This document shows positions 53,401 through 64,000 of a DNA stretch of 64,000 nt, one piece after another. The translations under genes were made by a program, and so were the position numbers. Source of the DNA: Lingula anatina (Eukaryota; Animalia; Brachiopoda). Numbering within the stretch: the first letter of the stretch is position 1; every line of letters starts with the position of its first letter. Where the stretch lies: positions 36,710,401-36,774,400 of the forward strand of contig CM120641.1 in NCBI GenBank assembly GCA_051362555.1, in the 5' to 3' direction. The notes beneath the pieces are model-generated. The model saw only the letters and a list, made by a program, of their open reading frames with translations, did no database searches and was not told where the DNA came from.

Positions 53401-56400
53401 TCTTTTCCTTTTTTTCTTTTAATCTATTTTGTTCCAAAACGTCTCGACTCTTAGTCACTACATTGTCGATTTCGAAACTTGTAAAAAGGTGAACTTTGCC
53501 AAAAGAACGTTCTTTCCAATTTTAGCAAACTGGAAAAGTAATTTGCGGGTTATCTTTAGTAGGCTCACACCTGTAGGTTTTCTCACCCACTTAACACTCA
53601 TTAGTCATTCAAACACAGAGAATTACCAAGAAATTAGTCATGCGGGTAGTAAGATCGCTGCTGAAAAAGTTACAAAATGTTAAATTTAATAACCAGTGTC
53701 TTGAATATAACACCAGATGATGCTGAAGGAAGAAATTTGCTAAAGGAATATTTAAAAACCCTGTCTTTTTTTACAGTAGGGCCTAATATACGTAGTTGTT
53801 TACTGTCCTTAATTTAAAAGGTGCTTGTTGTTGTGCAGATTTGAACATTTTTAAGAAGGACCATGTTTACCTTTAAGTAAAACTTCGTTCACTATTGCCT
53901 TGGTTTTGAAAAAAAAGTCTTCTACCTCGAATTGTAGATTATTCACTAGACCATTCATGAGTATTGGTGCGCAATCTTTACCTCAAGATACCTCCGGGTA
54001 TGAAGCTAAGGAAAATCTTTTACTCATTGCCACTTTCTTGGCACTAGCTCGAGTTGTTTTGAAGATCTCTGGCTCCAGACAATTATTGTTGGCATTTACC
54101 TCTTTCATTCCGGCTGAATCATAACGACCAAAACAGACTGTTACGAATGCTTTCTGGTCTGTCATAATTGTGTTTTATATGTTGCATAGTAAAATGTTGC
54201 TTCTTAGTACACGTCATCCAGACGACATTTGATTATACCGCCGTACAGGTCATGCAAAATATGACAACGTCAGCTAAATTAATCTAAATTGTGAAACTAA
54301 TATTTCAGATATCCATGTTTTGGTTTTCATACCTATTTGAAAGTACTGCCCTTCACTCACAAACTTCTCAATCTCAATCTGAACTTAAGTTAAAGTAAGA
54401 AATGCACATTGACCTATGAGAGCCAGTCAATGTGGACCACTTTTATAGTTGGGGTACATGCAAAAGACACATATGTCTAGAATGCTCCTTAAATAGACAT
54501 TTTTGCTGTGCTTATCACGTGTTTCAAATAAAAATTCAGTGAGGCAATTTTTCCTTTTTTGCAACACATCAAAAGAATTGCACTTTGCATAGTTTACACA
54601 ATATTATAAGCCACCTTCATTTGTACATTTCCAGATACAATGTATACACTGCCAATGAACCAAATTATCGGCGGTGAGGTATATAACCCATCTGGTTTAG
54701 ACGCTATCCCTATCCGTAATCCTGCCATCAAGACCTTTAGAGGACTTCTAGATGACAAAGCTGTGGAATTGGATTGTGACAAGCAACAAGCTATTGAAGT
54801 GTCAGGGAAGGCTCACAAGGGAGAGTGTTTTGGTGACCTAGACCTCTGCGACCAAGGTATGTGCACCAGTAGAATAATCTTGGATAAAACTTAATTTGTG
54901 TTTACTTAATATTAATACAGGTGAAAAATAATTAAGTTTTATAAGTTAACTACATAATATTTATCATTCCATGGAAAAGAAGGGCACGCGCATTATTAAT
55001 TAAAACCCAAACATGTACATGGAGCATAATAAAACGTCTTTACGGAGTTTGTATGTTTACATATAATCACAAAAAGGGCATCAAAAGTGGAACAACTATT
55101 TCTTTGATAATTTCATACCCCCCCAAAAAAATTTTTTTTTTGTTTCTCGCGTAAATTTTAAAATATATAATTTACTGAGCCCAGCGACTTTACAATAGTT
55201 AACTTCCTCTGAGGTATGTATTAAAATCAAGTTTTCCTTTTACAGGTTATACCGTGGCAATGTGGGTTAATTTCAAGAATGCTCCATATCGACAAGGAGT
55301 TTATATGTCCAACGGTGGTCATAATAGGAAAAACCACGGTGTTGCAATGAAGTACCGTAGTGGTCACATAGAATTTGTATTCCGCAACAAGGCAGCACAA
55401 GAATGGGTCGTCAAGGGGGATAATGTCTTGGAGGGACGCTGGTATCACGTCGCAGCGTCTTGGGACCGCAATCGGGGTCTTTTCCTCTATGTGAACGGAG
55501 AACAGGTTGACCATGCCAGTTCCTCGAGGAGAAAAGGCAAATTGGACACAACCCATGCTGATACTTTCGCCAAGTTTAACTTGGGTCGTTCCAACGATGC
55601 TGAGGGATCTGCCAGCACAGGAACACTACTGGTGGATGAATTTACTTTCTGGTCTAAATTCATGACGGCCAAAGATGTGCGAGAGAGTAAGAAAGGTCAG
55701 AAGGTTTCTTATTAATGCAGTGAAAAATTACTTTCATAAATAATACCTACAAATTAATATTATTAACTTTTCTTTTACGTGTACATATACATTAGAATAG
55801 GGTAAAAATAACACGATATGGGGTACTGACTGTTAGTGTTATCACAACTATTTATCTCTGAAGTAATTGCACAATAAATGGGTAACATTTTAAACCCTCA
55901 AAACACCCATACATTATCGTTGATGGGGATGACACATATATAGGCTCTATAAAGATCTTAAAACTACCTTTATTATATTTCATATAAGGACCCTACTATC
56001 GGTACTATTTCCCAATGGAGGGCACAAGCGGCGGCCAGCTCATAACCCCTAGTTCTCTGATACGGGCCACAGTGGGCGGTAACCCTGTTGCTGTCATGGG
56101 CCAATACGAATCCGCCCTCAAGCTGGATGGCATCCGGGACTACGTGACCCTTGGAGACGTCCGAGACACCTGCCTAGGCCACCACGCCAAGTGTACCAAA
56201 GGCTGGTATATGTCCATGTGGGTGAAATTTGACAGCTTGCCCAACGGTATGGTTCTTTTTGATAATGGCAACGGCACGACCATCACATACAGAAATGGAC
56301 TCCTGACTGCTCTGGTTACGATGGCGCAAGGCGGTAGGGTAAAATCTTGGCAGGCTTCGGCAAGAAACCTTGCGATGAATCAGTGGTACTTCTTGGAAGT

Positions 56401-59400
56401 CTCCTGGAGTCAGACCATGGGGCTTAGTATGTACGTCAACCTCGATGAAGTAGACCGTGATAACTCTCCCACCAATGGACAACTTTCAACGTCATTTACA
56501 CATGATATGTACATCGGGAGGGGGAATTCCAGGGTTGCTCCATATGCCCCAGTAACCATTGACGATCTTGAAATTTGGTATGCTGATAGAAAGAGTCTGT
56601 TGGACCTGGATTTCATTATGCGAGGTATTTTTTCACATATATTTGATTCATGTTTTTTGTCAGGCTTATGAGTTCTGACATAGATGTGTAAGAATGTTTC
56701 TCCAGATTCACACTTTATAATACTTGATATACTTGATAATATTATATTATGAAATCTAATCGGACTTGCTGAATTTTTTCTCTAGGACCACCACAAAGTC
56801 ATCTCTTTGGATTGGACTTTAAACTCAGCAAGACCCGTGTCGCAGGCCCCTTCCCCGTGCACATCCACTCCAATCCCAGTATCGTTGACGGCAAAGTGTT
56901 GGGCGCACTGTGGTTGAACGGCGACGAACAGCACGCAGAGGTGAAGATTGTCAACAAAGAAAACTGCCTAGGAAACCTTGACGCCTGTCCCCATGGTGTT
57001 ACTTTAACCTTCTGGATTCAGCCGGTAGAAATCAAGGATAAAACCTACTACATTTCAACGGGGTTGAACGGTATCACGGCGTCTTACATCAACGGTGAAT
57101 TAGTATTCAAAGTGGAGACAACCTCTCGCACGTGGATGGCCAAGACGCGAGCTCTCAACCCAGCAACCGGACTCCGAGAAATCGACCCAGATGCTTGGTA
57201 CTTCATTGAACTCTCCCTTCATCCCGATAGGGGTCTCAAAGTATACGTGAATGGCGAAATGGCAGGACAAGACAAGTCCCCAGACCTCAGAAACATTGAC
57301 CAAAACTTTGTGTACACGACAGAGAAAGATAGGTTCTATATTGGTAGGGGGAACTTGGATATGACTGACAAAAGGTATGCCAACGCTACCATTGATGAGG
57401 TGAACTTCTGGTATGGCCCTAGGGATTATCTGACGGCATTTGGATATCTCAGGAGAGGTGAGTTCGTGTTTATTTGTTGATATGCTTACATCGTATTTTT
57501 AAATAGATGTGTTTATTACTCTTGTTGAATGACATCTAACATAATGAAAGCATTTTTAGCTTTTTAAAGCTTTTTAAAAATAATTATCATACAATTTAGC
57601 ACACTGTAAATAGGACATTAAAAACAATTTCATTATCAATATTTCAGGTTTGCCTGAGCACTTTTTCATCACTTTTGATGACATTCGCAGCGGTCGCGTT
57701 GTCCACGACAAACTTAACATCTTAACTAGGGGCAATCCAGTGGCCGTACCGGGCAAAATCAACAACGCTCTGTCCCTGTATGGTGGACAGTATGCCGATC
57801 TTGGCGATCATAGTGACAAATGCCTGGGCAACCTCACATTCTGCAAACGTGGTTTCACTATGGCAACTTGGATGAATATTCGTAATCGCCCATTGGAAGG
57901 TACATACTACTTCTCATCTGGAAGAGATGGCATGCAGATTTACTACCAACGGGGAATGTTGTACGCTGATTTTCGCTTAAATGACAAACTCTGGAGAGTC
58001 ACTCTACCTGATGTACGCACAAATGAATGGCAATTCTTGGAGTTCTCTTGGCATCCAAAACACGGGCTTACTGTGTATAAAAACAATGAGCTGGTTGGTA
58101 GCGATGCTAACGCACAGATTGATACGTCTTATGTCAGTCAAGGGAACAACTTCTTCATTGGTAGATCAAATAATGTGAGGAATTTCAACAACATAGATGC
58201 CTTGTTTGATGACACGGAGATTTGGTATGCCAGGCGAGAGGATTTGGTTGCTTTCAACTATATACAAAGAGGTAGGTCTAGAACCAATATCTCTGAAAAT
58301 ATTTCATTACATATTTCTTTGATATTTTACTACTATTATTATGAAGAAAGGTGTATTTTTTTATTTCACTTTTAATAACGTGGTGTAAGTTACTAAAAGG
58401 GCTTATCTTTTAATTTCTTTTGTGACAGTGAATTACACAATTAACACAAAATGATTCAGATGTACTTTTATGTGAAACTAAAGATTGTAAACTTTCCTTC
58501 AGGAAAATACCCGAAGGAATCATTCTCTTTTGAAAATGCCGACGGGAGCAGAGTGATACATCCAAGACACAGTGTCATTCTTCACAATAATGCCCATCTG
58601 GTTGTTGGCGATGTCGGGAACGCTGTCGATCTAAATGGAAATGCCCAGTTCGTCACACTGGAAAACCTGTACAGAACGTGCATGGCCAACCTAGAACTCT
58701 GCAAGCACGGTCTTACCATGTCCTTCCGTATTAAACCGCGCGATATGGCTGACGACACATACTTCCTTTCCAGCGATGCCTATAAAGTGTTTACCAGAAA
58801 TGGCCGCGTGCATGTCACCTTCAGCGACAGGAATAGAACGTGGGAGGTATCAACGGATGCAATCCGTAAAGACAACTGGAATCTTGTAGATATATCCTGG
58901 CATCCGACTAAGGGATTGGAACTGTACGTGGATAACCAGAAAGTTGCCAGCACAACCGTCTTCACGACTCAACCCAATAGAGAGGTCACCAACAGAAACG
59001 TGTACATCGGTAAAACGGATACTTACATGATACGCGAAAACTACGCCAATGCTATAATAGATGAACTTCAGTATTGGTACACGCCGATTGACCAGCTCAT
59101 TGCCTTTGACATACTGGCAAGAAGGTCTATCTCTAACCAAACTGTTAAGATGGATGTTATCAATGGTAATATTATCCCAAATCCAAATCCAAATTTGGTG
59201 ATCACTGCAAGTGGAAGGCCATCTGTTGTTCCTGCACAACCGGGTGATCCATTCAATGCTATTTACGTCACCAGAGATCAATATATTGACTTTGGTGGGA
59301 ACTTCACTTGCGCCGGAAACCCACAGAAGTGCTACAATGGTTACACCCTAAGATTCAAGACCAATCCCAAAACTCTGAACGAGAACATGTATTTTATAAA

Positions 59401-59997
59401 CAGTAACCCTGTGAATGTTTACTGGAAAGAAGGAAGGCTGCACGGAGTTTTTAACACACCGACACAGACATGGGAAGTTTCCACACCGGATTTCTATGCC
59501 GGATCGTGGCATGACGTTGATTTATCTTGGGACAGGGAAAATGGTCTAATTTTGTACATCAATGGCACCAAAGTGGACCAAAGAGTCCGCCCTATCATCA
59601 GAAAAGACCCTAATGACTACAACAAACATTTCTTCATCGGCACCAATAAGATAACTCCGACTATGCTAAACATTGATGCGGTAGTTGATAACTTTGAGAC
59701 CTGGAATTACAAGAGAGACTATTTGGTCAGCAAGGGTATAATTACACTTTTCCAAGTAACCACTCCAGCGCCAATAACAACCCCTGCTCCGCCTAGAATT
59801 AACGCCATCTATCAAGACGGAAACAACCGCTGGATACCTTACCATATTTATAACTTGCCCCCAATTTTTAATGTTCAAAACGACAGGGAGACGCTTTCCA
59901 TCGACTTCGTTGCCAACTACCCTGATGGTCTTATCTGGTCCAGTGAAAATGATAACAGGAAGATTTACTTGGCGCTCAAGGTAAATTGTCTAGAAAT

Positions 59998-60036
<39 letters not shown>

Positions 60037-63000
60037 TTTCGTATTCGTATTTTATTGGGAGAAAGATTACAATCGGTATATTTTTGTACTGAAGATTTAA
60101 AAGAGAAACCAGATAAAAATAATTCTACATATTGCTGTAAAAAAATTAACTAACATCCCATATCGAAATGATCCATGCTGTCATGTATGTGGAAATATCC
60201 AGGGGACAGTGAAAACTAAAATGTGTCATTTTTCATTCAGAGAGGTATTCTCCAAATGGGTGTCACCTTCCCCGATGGTTTGAGCCAACTTCTCAGTGTG
60301 GCCCCACGCTCTGGGAACTTCGCCGACGGTCGACTCCACAGGGCAGTCATAACACGGGATGGGCGAGTGGTGAGATCATTTTATTGAATGGCAAAGTATT
60401 TTAAATGATCGTTACAGTAGTGTACGTTTCTTCCCATGCAGAGAATGTTCAACGCAAAAATAATGTCGGATCACTAAATCTTACACAATACACTCATTAA
60501 CAGTACACATTAGAAAGATGCAAACCTAATTCGTAAAATAATTCCAGTAAACTATTGTATTTGTATGTTAAAACGTGTTTGAAGAAGGTCCTTCTTTAAA
60601 TGACACCCTTATACCCGAACACATTTTATCTAATGTCATGTAACAACTAAAAATAAATAGTTGGCCAAATGAATGACTGGAATATTAATAATTTGTGTTT
60701 TGATTATGGACAACCCGTCTAAAAGATCGATCGTTCATTTTTACAAATAGAAAATGTTTCCTTCTCACGTTTTCCTTTTGTACGTAACTTTACAGGTGTC
60801 TATATCCGTGGACGGAGCCCAAGGAGACAGAAACATCAGGTTCGAGCGCCCGTTCCGGCTGATCGACAGGGACACCGTCTACCTCGGTGGTCACCCTGAC
60901 GTGTCAACCTTCACGGACGGAGCGGTAGATAGGGGGTTGAGTGGAAGAATAACAGAGGTAATACTTAGACACGTGGTTTGAAATCTATTCATAATTCATA
61001 AAGTATTACATGATTAAAACGGACATGTGTACTGTCATAATAAGTCCTGTTCTATAATTCCTCTTTGTCCATTATAAATGTAATTCATATTAAGTCTACA
61101 CTTTGTTTCTTTTTTCTTCACACTAGTATTTTTATATATTCATATATTTATTTTATTACGGCTCAAAAAAAGCCTTGTATCTTAGACTTATTAGCCTATT
61201 GTCTACCTTTCTGTAAATAGTGGTTGTAAAAAGTGATAGTATATTTTTATTTTTTATACCTTGATAGAAATGACAAAGTCACAATGATAATACTATGTAG
61301 TTGCTCCAAATGTGAGAGGCATGTGTGCGTGTATGGGAGTGAGAGGTTTAGTTAATTATCCTAGTTATTATTTAGTGTATTATTGGTATATTCTGGAAAA
61401 AAAAATAATGAGGAATACTGACCATTCTGATAAATCGTCTGTTCTTAATGATTTTTCTCAATAAAAGTAATACAACACACAAACACACACGTATTGATTT
61501 GGTTCCTTATTGTTACAGGTAATCATCAATGGAAACAGGTTCCCCATCCCACTGAATCTGATGACAGCTTTCCTTCAAAACACCCTTCCAAATTACATTC
61601 CTGGAGTGCAGAATGTCATCATCGAGGTCGACGGTGTGAGAAAATACTTCCCTACCCCACCACCGCCAACATCAGCCATTCCAACTCCAGTTACCTTCAC
61701 GGATGAAGCTGCCTTTATCTATACCACCAACAATCCGCCTAAATTTGGTCGGTCTGCTGACGAAATATCATTCACTATGAGGACGGTTGAACCCGAAGGT
61801 CTTATATTGATAAACAAGGCAAGAACAGGTTCGGATGATTTCCTGGCAATTGAAATTATGGATGGAAAACTTTGGTTGGTTGCTGAGCGTGCCGGAGAGA
61901 CCATGAGAGAAGCGTTTTCTGATACCATGGTAAACGATGGTCAACCACATAGGGTGAAAATTCAACGCAACAGCTTTGGTTTGACGACAGAGCTAGACGG
62001 CAACAGGAGGAACGTACGCGTTCCAAGACTAGGCAGCGGATTCAACTTGGGTGAACTGACGTACATTGGCGGGTATAGGTATACAACCAATTCGCTGCTC
62101 CCTTGGAAGACATGGGCTCGTAAAGGCTATGTGGGTTGTATTTCAGATTTTGTGGTCAATGGAAAATACGTTGATATCAAACAGCTGGCTGCCCAACAGA
62201 GTGTTCGCACAGGTGGAATACAGGAGGGTTGCTTCTCAATGCCGACCCGTTGTAGAAGTCAGCCATGTTTGAATGGAGGGGTGTGTCATGACCGGTGGGA
62301 TAGATACGAATGTGACTGCACCGCCACTGACTACAGAGGGCGTAACTGTGAACAACGTAAGGAAAATTTAATCGCATTTGAATTGTTTCATTTGCTAATT
62401 TTACTCTCAGTACATAGTACTCACCATTTCACACTTGCACACACGCACACACACACACACTACATGTAACACACACACACACACACACACTAAAACTGAC
62501 TTCAGCAAACATTTCTGGTTTGAACATCAAGCCTATCCTAATATCCATATTAAACTCAACGTAAAACCTGTGAATTTGACATTGTAAAACATTGCATTGA
62601 CACGATAGCCTTTTTGACATGTCACCCTCACTTGGATAATCGTACCTTACAGTTGCACCCATTGGGAGATTTGACGGCCGAACTGGAGTTTACGTGGATA
62701 TCTTCCCGTCTCTCCACACCCACAAAAACGATATCAGCTTACGTTTCCTGACAACAGAGAGAAATGGCGTTTTGTTCAACACCTATGATGGAGGGCGGAC
62801 CAATACCTACATGAAGGTTGCCCTTGAAAACGGGAGAGCTAAACTCATGACAAATCTTGGTGGACGTGAAATAGTAAGTTTGCATACACCCATGCTTCAT
62901 GTACGTTGATGACCTGGCCAAAATAACAATATCATGAAATTACATATCTCTCTTTATATAGATAAATGACGTCAACAGTTATCTTACGCAATTGTTCAAA

Positions 63001-64000
63001 ATATAACAATACCATAAAAAAGGAAATACATCTATCACAGCATAAATGAAACCAATATTATTTCTACGCAGTAGTCGATAAATTCTTTTATGAAAGATGA
63101 ATTAAGCGATAAAGTTTACTAGAGAATAATCATTTGAAGAAGGTGAATAACGACACATAGGCCTATATTAATATTATGTGTAACTATTTTCAGAACCCCA
63201 TGTATACTGGAAATAATCTGAACGATGGCAATTGGCATACTCTCCACGTCAAAAGACGCGGTGAACAACTCGAGTTCTGGATTGACAATGACGCTCATCA
63301 AAAATGTAAGTTATAGACGCCTTCATACTTCATTTCAAAGTCTACATGGATGTCACTTCTATCAGCATGTTAAGTGTGTTAATTTTTATGTATGTGTGTG
63401 CGTGCGTGGCAGTGAGAGAGAGAGACCGCTAATATTTCCCCGTTTTCTTACAGACACATTACCCGGCGAAGGATACTTACTGGACATCGCTCGCATTAAT
63501 ATCGGATATCCAGGCGGCAGCATACAGAACCTACGCCCCTCTGACATATTCAATGGCTACATCAAAAACATGCACTTGGCCGAGCTACCCGATAATATCA
63601 TTATCGACTTCAAAGATCTGAGAATTTACTACGTGCCCAACTATCCCGTCACTTTCCGTTCCCACCAGACACACGTCTCAATAGACGATCTCCGCAACAG
63701 TGATTTGAACAACCTGAAATTTGCCTTCCGCACCAATAACACCGACGGCCTAATTCTTTTCAACGGTCGGGGTGCTAATGATGATTTCATCGCCGTAGAG
63801 TTAGAAGGAGGCTACATAAGCTTTTCGTTTAACAACGGTAACTCTGGACCAGTGAAAATTAAGAATATCAAGAAGGGGCCACTGAATGACAACAGGTGGC
63901 ATCTTGTGGAAATCCAACAAACGTCGCCAACGGAGTGGGTCGTCGGCGTGGACAACATTTATGAGCGAAGAACTATCAGTCAACAACAGACGGGAACTTT
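42414..64000 (+). CDS. Alpha-neurexin-like cell-adhesion protein with six inserted pentraxin/Laminin_G_3-type repeats (runs past the window end)
   Basis: In-frame exons 42414-43182, 54635-54856, 55246-55686 (or 55695), 55989-56624, 56786-57457, 57648-58271, 58503-59980, 60241-60369, 60796-60957, 61519-62356, 62653-62873, 63194-63305 and 63454 to >64000, about 2,280 aa so far. Architecture: signal peptide-LNS1-EGF1-6xLamG3-LNS2-LNS3-EGF2-LNS4-LNS5. The last exon reads PVTFRS...FRTNNTDGLILFNG..NDDFIAVEL..PLNDNRWH, closely matching neurexin LNS5 as recalled. Confidence 0.85.
45155..45347. repeat. Two (GA)n microsatellites flanking a ~105-bp unique core
   Basis: (GA)n at ~45155-45196 and ~45304-45347. 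Confidence 0.9.
47337..47400. repeat. (TG)n(AG)n microsatellite
   Basis: Direct reading. Confidence 0.9.
54635..59760 (+). CDS. Cassette of six ~210-aa concanavalin-A/pentraxin (Laminin_G_3)-type repeats within the neurexin-like gene
   Basis: Each repeat shows C(L/F/M/A)(G/A)xxxxCxxGxT..., W(Y/Q/N/H)xxxxS(W/L)xxxxGLxxY(V/K/I)(N/D), F(Y/F)IG and (I/V/F)D(E/D/N)xxxW. Repeat 1 spans two exons, repeats 2-4 have one exon each, and repeats 5-6 lie in exon 58503-59980. Confidence 0.85.
60001..60033. repeat. (AAT)n microsatellite
   Basis: Direct reading. Confidence 0.9.

Noticed and set aside
55227-63986. Minus-strand ORFs overlapping the neurexin-like exons
   Set aside because: Antisense shadows of coding exons with no motifs of their own.
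42414-64000. Assigning the symbol NRXN1/Nrx-1
   Set aside because: The family is clear, but the sequence is divergent and the architecture atypical; orthology needs a phylogeny.

Overview
AT-rich, intron-containing animal DNA, most likely a lophotrochozoan such as a mollusc (inferred from repeat families and gene content, not proven). Three loci were reconstructed by hand from splice sites and reading frames. (1) 84-5270 (+): the last 10 coding exons of sphingosine-1-phosphate lyase (SGPL1), with a probable GC-AG intron and a Helentron-type element in one intron. (2) ~7.5-24.9 kb (-): a tandem duplication carrying two intact 5-exon genes and one deleted pseudo-copy. The genes encode ~490-aa proteins with ~9 intracellular-type LRRs joined directly to a TLR-like TIR domain, with no signal peptide, LRR-CT cap or transmembrane helix, i.e. 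candidate cytosolic LRR-TIR immune receptors. The copies differ by transposon insertions and a small inversion. (3) 42414 to beyond 64000 (+): a divergent alpha-neurexin-like gene with ~1,280 aa of six pentraxin/Laminin_G_3-type repeats inserted between EGF1 and LNS2. The rest is intergenic or intronic, with MITEs, a 34/36-bp minisatellite and microsatellites. All coordinates and counts are by eye; no database searches were run.
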